Origin: Lama guanicoe | Taxonomy: Eukaryota | Length of the DNA stretch: 64,000 bases | Assembly: GCA_013239625.1 (NCBI GenBank) | Contig: MU054391.1 | Span: 7,099,095 to 7,163,094, forward strand | Direction: 5' to 3' | Shown here: positions 13,185 to 24,840 of the stretch, one piece after another | How positions within the stretch are numbered: the first letter of the stretch is position 1 | Layout of the letters: the number at the start of each line of letters is the position of its first letter | Translations under genes and position numbers: made by a program | Notes under the pieces: model-generated | Told to the model about the DNA's origin: nothing | Seen by the model: only the letters and a program-made list of their open reading frames with translations | Databases searched by the model: none

Positions 13185-14286
13185 TATTATTAACCTTACT
13201 TTGTAGTTGAAGAAATTGAATTTCTAAGACATGCTGTGACCTACCCAAGACCAAGCATTGTTAAGCATTATAACCATGGTTTAGATCCAACTCTCTTGAC
13301 TACAGATTCTCTTTCCATTCCTACACTATTCCAAGGAACCCCTGGGAGACCCAGGTTGGAGTCTGACTGGGTCGAATCCCAGCCCCACCTGTAGGGTCCT
13401 CCTCTTCTCCCACCTCCTCACAAACAGACCAAACCCTTCCTTATCCTCTTCCCTTATTTCAAATCATATTGGCAAGGTGCTGGGGATCTTGCGTTGGAAT
13501 CTGATGTAGGAGGGCACATGCATGCAGGCTTGCAGAATTCGGGAGATTAAAAAGCCCTTAGGAATCACCTAGTGCAATTCTGTCCTTGGACAGGTGGAAA
13601 AACTGAAACGCAGCGAACACAGGTACCTTGCCCAAGGCCCCTCCAAGCCAGCAAGAGGGTCAGAACTAAAACCTGAGCTGCCTCTTCCCCAGACCAGTGC
13701 TCCTTCCACCACGTTCCAGGGGCCCTTCCTGAAATCTCCAGTTGACATTTGGATGGATGTCACCTGTCCGTGGCTGTATAAATGGGCCGCAATGCAGCGG
13801 GCCCCTGCTTGTACAGTTCAGCATTGCTAGGTCAGCTTGCACTGTGGCTTCCTCCCCCTGGAAAAGCGAACTCACTTTGGGAGAGCTCTTTTTGTGTGAA
13901 AATGTTACTCTATTAAAAAAAATGTTCACAAAGGAACTTTAGAATGTCCCACTTGTAAACTGGGAACAGCCTGGCCTATCATTGTGGGCTCGAGGCCTGG
14001 TAATCCCAGGTCTCCCTCTTTGTCCTTCTGTGTTGGTGGGAATTCTGTTATCCAAATATTTCTCCATATGTGAAACTGCAGCAAGAGCTTTAGAGTCACA
14101 CAGACCTGAATTTGAATTTGGACTTAGGCCCTATATATGTGACCTCCAGCAAGTCATGGGCAGAGGCGTAGCAGTGAGCAAGGCCCCACCGGGAACACAG
14201 GAGACTATGACCTGGACCTTGATCATCATAAGGCTGCGTGGAGATTCAAGTTCAGCTTTACTGAGTACCTATCATGTGCTGGTCCC

Positions 14287-14853
14287 TTTTTTTTTTTTAA
14301 TTGAAGTACAATCAGTTACAATGTGTCAATTTCTGGTGCACAGCACAATGTCCCAGTCATGCATATATGTACATATATTCATTTTCATATTCTTTTTCAT
14401 GAAAGATTATTACAAGATATAGAATATAGTTCCCTGTGCTATACAGAAGAAATTTGTTTTTTTTTATATCTGTTTTTATATGTAATGGCTAACATTTGCA
14501 AATCTCAAACTCCCAAATTTATCCCTTCCCACCCTCTTTCCCTTGGTTTACTATGACTGTGAGTCTGTTTCCGTTTTGTAGGTGAGTTCATTAATGCCCT
14601 CTTTTTCTTTTTTTTTTGATTCCACATATGAGTGATATTATATGGTATTTTTCTTTCTCTTTCTGGCTTCACTTAGAATGATGATCTCTTGGTCCATCCG
14701 TGTTGCTGCAAATGGCATTATTTTATTCTTTTTTATGGCTGAGTAGTATTCCATTGTATAAATATACCACAACTTCTTTGTCCAGTCATCTGTCGATGGA
14801 CATTTAAGTTGTTTCCATATCTTAGCTACTGTATACAGTGTTGCTATGAACAT
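14287..14853 (-). mobile_element. Young 5'-truncated L1 (ORF2 C-terminus plus 3' UTR), nested in a MIR
   Basis: Poly-T start. The minus-strand ORF MFIATLYTVAKIWKQLKCPSTDDWTKKLWYIYTMEYYSAIKKNKIMPFAATRMD is the L1 ORF2 C-terminus. 14-bp TSD TGCTGGTC(C/G)CTTTT at 14277-14290 and 14854-14867. Confidence 0.92.
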
Positions 14854-15273
14854 TGCTGGTCGCTTTTAAGTACATCTCTCATTTAACTCCCACAACAGCC
14901 CTGAGGTAGGTAGTACCACATATGTTCTTTAGAAGCGGAAACTGAGGCTCAGAGAGGGTGAGTCAGTGGTTCAGCATTATTCCACTTCTAAGTGACAGAG
15001 GTCTGGACCAGGAACAGTCTTTGTGGTTCTATTTCAAGTGCCTTCTAGCCCATAATGATCAGTGTAGTCCAGTGAGCAAGCAAATCAACACAGCATAACA
15101 AGAAAGTGTCCATCAATCTCCTATCTATTCATCTGTCCACATTTACCATGTTCATTCTCCGAGTATTTTTCCATTTTTATCTATGTATCTATCTATCTAT
15201 CATCTATTATCATCTCTCTTTCCATATCTGTACATATCCAAGGACAAAAGATGTTTCAAAACGTAACAGAATT

Positions 15274-15632
15274 TGTCTTGATCAGCTCACGCTGTTATAA
15301 CAAAAATACCACAGACTGGGTGGCTTAGACAGCAGAAATTTATTTTTCATACTTCTGGAGGCTGAAGTCCAAGGTCTAGGTGCCAGCATAGTCTGGTTCT
15401 GGTGGGAGCCTTCCCTCTGGCCTGTAGATGGCCAACTTTTTGATGCATCCTTACGTGGCAGAGGAAGAGCTCATCTCTCTCCTGTCTCTTCTTAGAGGGG
15501 CACTAATTCCTTCATGAGCACTCCACCCTGATGACCTTATTACTTCCCAAAGGCCCCACATCCACATACCATCACAGAGATTAGGGCTTCAAATATGAAT
15601 TTTGGGAGGATGCAAACATTCTGTCCATAGTA
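15274..15632 (-). mobile_element. MLT1A-like solo LTR (ERVL-MaLR)
   Basis: Near full length (~360 bp): tgtcttg...ataacaaaaataccacagactgggtggctta...ttctggaggctg aagtccaagg...gggcttcaaatatgaattttggg...ccatagta. Confidence 0.85.
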
Positions 15633-18536
15633 GTTACATATGTTTAAATTAAATGAGGAATAAAAGGAAAAAAGAGGTAGAGGCATAAAACAGAGCAAGA
15701 TTGAAGCTAACACAAACACATATTTCATAGAGACCAGCTCATTTACAAGGAGTGGAGCAGCCGTGTGGCTCTGGCCCCCATTGCCTAAGGAAGGACCAGA
15801 GCAAATGCACACTTCATCGTATAAATAGGGCGAAAGCAGACCAGCTGTTCAGAAGATGCTCACTTCTTCCTCACACCGAGTCTCCCACATCGTGATCATC
15901 ATCCAGGAGTCGCAACTAAAATTTGTCCATTATTGTTTTGCACAGCATTATCTCTTTTGATTCTTACATCAGCACTGGAACTATTTTATCGTTCACCTCT
16001 CTTTAGAGATGAGAAGATTGAGGCTTAGAAAGGTTAAATTCCTCGCTAAAGGCCACCCAGCTCTTAGTGGGAGAATGAGGGTTCAAACCCAAGTTCACTT
16101 TTGGCTTCCCCCATGATTCCTAACTGCTGGGTACCCGGGGTCCAAAGGCTGGGCTTCAAATTTTGTGGAAGAATTTTGAATGACAACAGACAGCTAGCCG
16201 TGGGGTGGAATGAGATGATTTCCTTCTTACCCTTGAGAGAAATTACTACTGAAATACATGGGATCACCGTTTTTGGTGTTCTTGTGTTTATATTTAATCT
16301 CTGAAATCAAACCAAATTCTTGGGGGATCAGAGTCATTGCTCCCATGGCAGTAAAACATGTATTTGGTATTTGATTTGAAACTTCGTTTCTAACTGGGAC
16401 CAAATCCAAGCATTGTGAATTTCAACTGCCGCCTGCCTTCCTAGCCTACCTCGTGAGTGTAAAATCAGTGCAACTATTGTCCCCGGAGAGCGCTGGCGGG
16501 CATGTGACTGTGTTTGTGCCCCATGAGGAATTTGAGTTGGATGGTCCAGAACGTCTGTATCCAAGTGGCATGATTTTTTGCAGCATGCTGTAATATTCCA
16601 GAGGAGCTGAAAAGGAGGTAGTAACTGGGTTCCTTCCCAGAAGTGTTTCAAATGCCGTGTTCAGTTGAAACCAGGACTGAATTAATGACCATATTAAGCA
16701 AGTTATAGATGAAGAAGCCAGTCGCCTTGTTCTGCTTTCCCAGCTGGATCCAGACTTGGGTAGAATCCCTTGACTCACATCTGCCTCCTTTCCCAGGTTC
16801 TGTTTTACAGGAAAATCTACGCTTTTTATTCCAGATGTGGTTCCAGGATACATTCATAGTCCTCCCCCAATTTTTCCTTTCAGTTTTCCTCAGTTAGTTA
16901 CTGATACCACCATCTACCTAGTCACCCAGACCAGAAACCAGTCATCCTCAAAATCTCCCTCTTCTTCACCCACTCGACCCATCCAAGTTGCTCAGCCAGC
17001 CCCGGGGACCCTCCCACTAGGCGGCACTCATGGTCACCCCTCTCCCTCCCCATTGTCATCACCTTCATTCACACCTGGCCGACTGTTTGCTAGAAGAGCC
17101 TTTAAATTTGCCTTTCTGCCTCCAACCCACAGATGTCACAGCGATCCTATAAAACACAGATCTGATCATGCTAGTCCTGGGTAGCTCCCCACTGGGTACA
17201 GAGATTTTTCTCAAATCGTGGTCTCTGAAGCCATGGTTCTGCAGACAAGACCGGAATCTCCAGGCCTCTTCCCTGATGTGACCAAAGCGTTCGCCTTCTA
17301 TTTACATATGGGCTTTTTCAAAAGATTTTGTTTAAGGAAAGCATTAAAATAATTTTCTTTAATGACCCCACTCTATTCATGCCTCCTGACCATGGAGCAC
17401 CCCAGGCTCCTCTGTGCCGCCTGCTCGAGCTGGAACCATTCTCCAGTCACAGGCGGTCCTCACTGTCCCCCAAACATATGTGTGATGCTTTGTTTCTTTG
17501 AACACACTCTCTTCTCTGCTTGGGATGGAATTTCTTCCCCCTTTCTTCTCCAAGAGCCCCAAACCGTCCTCCAGAAGCAGCTCAGGCGTCACCTTCTGTG
17601 GCTGGCCTGGATCCTTCCTTCTATTTCCTTCAGGCCAAACGTTGGCCCCCTCCTGTGCTTCCCCCGGACCCTGGGCATGTGCTGATGGTGGCCCTGGCCG
17701 CAGAAGACTTCCCTTCACGTCTTCCTCCCCACCACCCCCGACCTGATCACGGGTAACTCAAGGACAAGATTTATATTTCACTCGTCTCTCTGCCTTCCCA
17801 CTACCCAGCGAAGTACTTGGCCCCTGAGAGAAACTCAATAAATAATGAGGTAAAGCCACACCATTAATTATCAGCCAATCAACAATCTGGGCGGGAAAAG
17901 CTAAATGCACTAGACGAGCAGCAGGTAGGTGACAGGGCAAGGAGGGCACGACCGGAGGAAGGAAACAGGAGTAAGGGGCTCAGGGCTTGTTGATTCTGGG
18001 CTGCTTTATATGTTTTTGAATATAACTTAGGTACAATTAAAGGCTTTCGAAAAGTCAACACATCCCTTAGGCTAGGAGCTCTAACTGGGGCCCCTGTGGG
18101 AAAAGCAGACTGTGTGGGTCCTACTTGCTTGGATAATTTCACACCCACAGTCTCAATAGCACCTGCGTGCACTTGGGCTTCGCCCTTTAGCCAGAATGGA
18201 CTCAGTTAATGCTCACAACACACCCGTCAGCTCCAGGGTTATTGTTACACCCATTTTACAGATAAGAAAACTAGCCCAGTGCAGTCACCCAGCTAAGACG
18301 CACTAGAACCTGGAAAGCACGTCTTCTGACACTCAGTCCTATCTTTTTCCATGTTGCCTTATCTCCTGAAGTTTCCCCAGTGCGTTCCACGTGCTCTGGG
18401 GAGGAGACGGAGGAGGAGAGGAGGAGTGGGGGAGATTTATGACATCACTGTGTGTTCTTTGTGACCAAGACCTCAGGCTCTACTTGAACACGATCAAAAA
18501 AAGACCTTACTAACATCACTCTTCTTATTCAAATTC

Positions 18537-18640
18537 CTTTTTTAACTGAGGTATAATTCACATACCACAAAATCCACCATGTTAAAGTGCGCTGTTCGGT
18601 GGTTTTCAGCACATTCATGAGGTGGTGCTGTCTCATTCCA
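18537..18640 (-). mobile_element. Short L1M 3'-end fragment just upstream of the 57-nt exon
   Basis: ttttaactgaggtataattcacataccacaaaatccaccatgttaaagtg...gtggttttcagcacattca. Confidence 0.7.
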
Positions 18641-18682
18641 CAACATTTCCATTAATTAATTTCTGATGCTTTTGTTTTCCAG

Positions 18683-18739
18683 ATTCCAATGATGAGAGAC
18701 CCTGGATGGATTCGAAATGTATGGTCTTCAAACATTAAT
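18683..18739 (+). CDS. LPIN1: LPIN1 upstream alternative coding exon (57 nt, phase 0/0) of the N-terminally extended isoform
   Basis: Acceptor ttttgttttccag|ATT and donor AAT|gtgagt. Translates as IPMMRDPGWIRNVWSSNIN, matching the recalled human long-isoform N-terminal extension (...WIPIMRDPGWIRNVWSSNINVQTMNYV...). Joins in frame to GCC CAA ACC ATG at 52385. Confidence 0.88.
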
Positions 18740-20677
18740 GTGAGTGATGTTGCTGTGAATGTCCTAATTATACTTTGACACTTCAAAATGAGAGAAAATA
18801 CTCTTTGACAAATTGGTTTATTGCCATGGATACAAGCAGTCCCCAAACCAGGACCCCGCCATCCGACTGAAGCTTTCAGAGTCGGCCTGTAGCCCTTATA
18901 AAGGTTTCATGATCCCCAAATGTTGCTGAGAATGTTTTGACTAGCTTCTAATCTCTTCTCCCTGGCAGCCATCGTCTCCTAGGCATAGATCTGATTTTGT
19001 CGTCTGCCCAATGAAAAAACATTCAGTGGCTCCCTAGTGCCAACAGGAAAAGGTTCATATTAAGTTCATGCCGTTTGTTTGCTTTGGACGGACTGTCACA
19101 GGTATTTAATAAAAGCCCTTGAAACTGTCAAAGCCCTTCTGCAGGTTTTACCTCTTCCTCCTGCTCCCATTGGTTCTTTTGTCCTCCTGCCTCAGTGTCA
19201 CTGCCCTGGGCCTGGTCCCCAAGCCTCAGCCGGGCCCTTCAGGTTTTCTCTGCAGCTCTACTTCGTGCTTTGCTCTCTGCTCTTCTGGGGTCTCCCTAGA
19301 TCCCACTTACCACACACAGCCCAAGGGCTGGTCCACCCCTGCCCCTTCCGTCCATCCCGGATTCCAGACCCTGCTCATGAATCTGGCTCTCTAAGCCTCT
19401 CCAGTTTGGGGAGATACTTTGCTGAGCACCCCTGGCAGTGGTCCCACTCCATCCAGTTCTTCCCTCACAGTGCGTTCATCTCACCCTACCTGGCCCTGGA
19501 CTCTACTTGAAGCTTCAGCAACTCCATCCAATTCACTCTACCCTGTAGATTTTCAACCTGAGATCCTTTCCTGGGGCCAGGAGACTTGAGGGAGTCAACT
19601 GAGGTGGGGACTGGGGGTGGGGAGGCTCACGGGAAGGCTTCTGGAATAATCCAGGGAAGAAGTGGTGAAGCCCGGACACTGACTTGTCCTGACTGTGGCC
19701 TCTCCTAAGCCTTGGCGGTGTAGAATAGAAGTAACACTTGGTCTCACTCTCAAAGAGCTGAGTTGGGAGAGCGACTCTGGTCGGAGTGTGGACCAAGAGG
19801 GTTTGCAGAGGGCACAGGAGGCCGAGTGCAGCACCAGCCAGAGCGAGAGAGTCTTCCTTGAGGTGAATCCAGAGGCTCCAGTTAAGTGAATGAAGCAGGC
19901 TGCTGAGGAAGGCCTGGCCCCAGGGATGCTGTGAGGAGCAGAAGTTCAGCTCTTGAGTGGATTGGCAGGGATGGGGCCCAATCAGAGACCAGGAATCTGA
20001 GCAGCGGGCAGTTGGTGGCAGTTGAGGCTGGAGTGAGGGGAGCGTCCGCTTTGGAGGAGAGAAGGGGCAGGAAGTCCCGGTGAGTGAGCGGCTCCACCTG
20101 TGGGCAGGATGCAGGCCCGCAATCAGAAGGTGGTCCGAGGCTGCTTCCCATGGCTGAGTCCCGTTCTCCAGACCTGGGGGCTGGAGCCCATGGCCACCAG
20201 GTTTCCTGGCCCAGCCTCTGGCCCAAGGTGCATGGTATACAAGAGAGGCAGTCAAGGAAAGTAATCAGCTGAGCCTGTCCTGCCAGCCCCAGTGCGGGCC
20301 CTTCCCAGAGCTCACCTGGTAACAAGATAGGAAGCAGGGGGCAGGAGGTGTGAAGTAGGAACTTTCTGCTTCAACCTTCTGTTTGGTCTGGAGCTGAGAG
20401 GCAAGGTGTGGACTGGAAATACTGAACTGTGGGTCAGCTGGAGAACAGAGTCACGGAAGTCTCCAAGGGGACAAAGTTACCCAGGGAGTTTGTATGGCAG
20501 AGGGAGGTGGGTGAGGGCATACAGGTGGGTTTCTAATCACAATGTCTACCATCCCAGCTTTTGGTAATTTTCATGTTGTTATCCTCAGAAAATAGGTTCA
20601 TAAATTCCAAAAATGCTTAGTGATGAGAAAATAAAAAATGAAGGGGAAGTAGAACAGGGCAGAGAGTGGGACTCAAA

Positions 20678-20725
20678 ATCTCTGTCTCTGTCCATCTCTG
20701 TCTCTGTCCATCTCTGTCTCTGTCC
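20678..20725. repeat. 3x perfect 16-bp tandem repeat ATCTCTGTCTCTGTCC
   Basis: Direct reading. Confidence 0.9.
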
Positions 20726-21984
20726 TTGACTGTCTGTGTCTCCTAGTTATTATGTAAATAAATGTGCTAGGCACTGAGGGTGCAGTGATGAGTGTGTCAT
20801 GGTTGATCCTTTCCTTGAAGGACTCACCAACCATAGGGGATGTAGAGGTGCATGAAATGACATAGTGACGAGGCTTTGTGAAGTGGCCCACGATGGAATT
20901 CCACGGGGGCTCACTGGTACAGAGAAGTTGGTGATGAATTCCTCATGGACATGAGGAATGTCTGAGGGAAGGCTTTCCCGGGAGGTCCAGCTCTCAGTTT
21001 GGAGAATCTGGCTGTGGAATGCACAAACCCCCAAAATGAACACCAGCACACCTCCCGCCTGCATCCCCGCACGCACGCAGCCGTTCCTTCCAGGCGAAAG
21101 ACCCTGAATTCTGCAGGGAGAGTTGAGCAATGAAATGTTTGCCAAAAATGCTTAACCCGCCTGTCTAGCTCAAACAGGGAACATTGTGGTACAATTTGTG
21201 ACATGAAGCCTCTGTCTTGGACAACCTGTGCTTTGATTGCATGTGTCTAACACAAACACCAATTCCCAGAATTCTAGGTTGTCCCGGCACAGTTACTTGG
21301 AACCATATTTTGCTCATTCTGGTTCTTCCTTGCCTTTAGGTTTGAAAAACGGCAGGATTTAAAATGTCTTCTTGGATGGGGAGTGCGTTTTGTGGGGTGA
21401 GGAAGTTAACTTTGTCTAGATTTAAATTGATTATTGAAAAATTTAATCCAAGTGCTTAGTTTCCAGAAAATCAACCAGGAGATGCTGGCTGACGACTGAA
21501 GCGCAGTTCCAGGTTCCTACCCCGTCTATTTACGTTATCTCCTTTGCACGTTATCCTATGGACTTACTGATAGAGGAGAATCTGGCTGGTTCACACAGAG
21601 CGGCATATGCAAATACATTCTCTTTTCCTGTACGCTGCCATTTGTGTGTAACCTCACCCTGTTTTAGTTTGTTCTGTTTTCATACTCTGCCTTTCTCATA
21701 GATGGGCTTCTTCTTGGGGGGAGGTGTATTTCCTGAAAGTTGTGTTTGCCTTTCTTTTTCCCTGTTGGAAGAAAAATAGATGCTTCCCATCCCCTGCCTA
21801 TCCTGACTCCCCTGCCCTTCCCGCCCAAAACACACACATAATGTCCTTAAGCTTTTACTTTGGTCTGTCACCTGGAAACGATCACATTCTTTATTTTTAA
21901 GGCCATTAACTTGTTTTAACTGGGATCTGTTTACCTTATTTGGATGACCATGATTTTCATATAGCGCTTTGGTTTTCTTACTTA

Positions 21985-22240
21985 TTTAATAAATCTTATG
22001 TGGTACTTACCGAGTGACAGGTTCTTTTCTAAGAGCATTACAAATGTTAACTCATTCAGTTCCTTACCACAGTCCCATAAGTTGGTCCTATTATTATCTC
22101 CATTTGAGAGGCGAGAAAATGAGCACAGAGAGGTGGAGCTACTTGCTCACAGTCACACAGTTGATAAATGGCAGGGTTAGGATTCAGACTCACACCTTCT
22201 GGCTCCAGAGACTTTGTTCCTAAGCATGATAACATGCTGT
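21985..22240. mobile_element. MIR SINE
   Basis: tacttaccgagtgacagg...attattatctccatttgagaggcgagaaaatgagcacagagagg...ttgctcacagtcacacag...ggcagggttaggattcagactc...ctggctccagag. Confidence 0.75.
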
Positions 22241-22479
22241 CTTCATGAGAATTTTCTCTCGTTCATTAGTTTCTAGTTCTTTTGATTTATTCCTTGCGTT
22301 TAACATCTCTGTGATGTCGTGTGGTTCTCCCAAACTCCCGGCAACCTTTGTAGGTGCCCTTTTCCCCATCCATCACCTTTCTCTCCGGGAGGCCTCTCTT
22401 CCTGCTCTCAGTCCTCCGCCAGTGCTGTCATCTTGGGAGCCCTCACTACGTCCACGGTCACCTAGATTCTTGTCTTCTC

Positions 22480-23600
22480 CTTTTCTTAGATTACTCGTTA
22501 AAAATAAGCAAACCTGAAGTTTGTGTTCATGTGACCTTCCAGAAAAGGGAAAGAGAAGATGTTTTTGAGCCCTTGGTTGACTCTCATTCTTAATCTGCCT
22601 TCACATTTGATAGTCTGGTTGAAATTAGAATTTGAGGTTGATACTAATTTTTCACAGAATTTTGAATGTATGTTTTATTGACTTCTGATGACCAATGTTA
22701 TCTATATGCCAGTCTGACTTCTGTCCCTTCCTGCGTGACCTGTTATTATTATTATTTTCTGTCTGGAAGCTTTTAGGGTCTTCTATTTATCCTTTGTGTC
22801 CTGAGGCTTCACAGTGATGTGCTCAGCGGCGGATCATGTCTCATTCTTTCTGCTCAGAACTAGGAGCACAAGTCTGTGCTGTCCTGGTAGACAACACACA
22901 CTTAAACTATTATATGTCAGCAGATGAGATATTGCAACAAATTAAAGGAAACTGGAAGACAAATAAAAGAGTGGGATGAACCCATGAAGTTCTCCTCCCT
23001 TTTATCTCCTCTTGCCCAACATTTTGATCCCTGATTTGGCAGATTTCCTTAATTTCATCTTCTACTTTGCCATTATTTTTGGCAATCAAATTTTTCCTTT
23101 TAAAAATGCTTTTTTGTGCTCCATTTTTTCTCTTTCACAGCATACTCCTGTTTTTGCTTTATGAATGAAATATCTCCCCGGATCTCTCTGAGATTCTAAT
23201 TTGGGAATTTCTTCCAATTAAATTCTCTTCTGTTCCCTTAATTATTTGTATTTCTTCTGGAGTCAGGATTCCCCCTGTTTGTTATTCTTTCTCTTTCACA
23301 TTGCAGAGTTTCCTCAGAGGTCTGGTGATTTGCAGTTGACTGTTTTTATTTAACGTGGATGGGACAGGAAGGTCGCCTGGGAGCTTCAACTGCTAGGGCT
23401 CATTTTAGAATAAGCAGTCAGGGAGCTGATTGTTCCCCGGGGACCCATGTGGTTCTGGCTCCGGTGCCTGTTTGAGGTTCTTCTGGGCAGGTAGCCCCTC
23501 CCTCCGCTGCAGCCCCTTTGCAGGTCTTCCAGGTTATAACTTGCTCCATGTTATTTCTTTAATCAACCCTTCCCTTTGCACTGACCTTCCAAATTTGATT
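22480..23600 (-). mobile_element. Degenerate L1M fragments
   Basis: T-rich sequence with old L1 antisense motifs (gccttcacatttgatagtctggttgaaattagaatt; ctggaagcttttagggtcttct). Boundaries approximate. Confidence 0.5.
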
Positions 23601-24399
23601 AAATATCTTTTCCACTGAGGACGCCCCTCCCGTTCTCTTCACTGTTTTAAATTCCCAAGTTCTGCAGTTTCCTTGAAATCTAATGAGATTAGATATCTGG
23701 AAGTAAAAGGAAAACAAACGCATCTGTGTTTGTTCTGCTCCACCTGCTGTCCTGCCCCAGGATTTTCCTCTTTGTCTAGCATTGTTAACGCGGCCATTCT
23801 GCACGTGTTTGATAACATTCACTGTGTTCCCATCGAGAAACACGAGAAACACGCTGCGCGTCTCTTCCAGCCAATTGCATTTTTTTTTTTTTAGCCTGAA
23901 TCATCATAGTCTCACTCTGCAGCCCTTGTCCAGGATGGATTAGTGAGAGGCACTAGCACGATTAGATCCAACAGTAATGTATTTAATTAGAATCTTACAG
24001 AGAATGATCGTTTCCTGTGCAGTGAATTCTTAGGTTTTATAGAGACATCCCAGGGTCCCTTTCTCACTTATGAGTAGAAACAATCTATCAATGTCTCATC
24101 TTAGCTTGTATTCCCAGTCCTTCCTCTTAGCAGTTCCTTCTCCCACTCCGGTGGGCATCTTGTTCTGAATTGTGTGGCCTTGTCTTCTCTTGCTGGACAC
24201 ACTGTGTATCTACCAGCTCTTGAGGTCTTTGAGGACAGAGGCATCACTTTGCCGTTAACCTCCACTGTGCTGGCACATGGTCAGCACTCAGAAATGGCTT
24301 GTTGCGTAAGTGGGTGCATTCTTTGTGACTTCTCTCCTGTTTCATGCATGATAAGGGTACCAGTACCTTTAACATGAGGCATGACTTGTTAGTTCATTT

Positions 24400-24840
24400 T
24401 TCATAGAATGAATATGTTTGCAGCCAGGCACTATGACCCATATATGATACCTAAGCATACATTTCAAAATATTTATCGAGCACCTCCTAAGTGCCAGGAA
24501 CTGTGAACTTAAACAGAAATAGTCTTTTCTATGCTGCAGAGTCCACTGGCTTGGGAAAGATTTTACAATAATTGCACATGCAAGTGGAACATTTTAACTA
24601 TTATCAATACTTTGAATGAAGGATTTGCAGAGCAGTACAAGTGTCTTAACAGGGAGAACTGATATAGTTGGGGAGGTTAGTGGTGCTTGAACAAAGGTTG
24701 AAGAACGAGTAGTGGTTAACCAGGTGAAGAGGGGAGAGGATTCCACGTAGAGAGAACAGCATGTACAAAGGCCCTGTGGTAGGAGGGAACAGGACAAGCA
24801 TAAACACATCAAAATTGTCCAGTGCAGCTGGAGCTTAGAT
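24400..24840. mobile_element. L2 LINE 3' fragment
   Basis: aaatatttatcgagcacctcctaagtgccagg...agagagaacagcatgtacaaaggccctgtggtagga. Confidence 0.65.

Noticed and set aside
14638..14853. 71-aa ORF with a real protein signature
   Set aside because: It is the C-terminus of L1 ORF2 in a truncated retrotransposon, not a host gene.
19533..20255. 240-aa minus-strand ORF, the longest in the track
   Set aside because: Non-ATG start, no recognisable domain, low-complexity P/S/L composition; expected by chance in GC-rich non-coding DNA.
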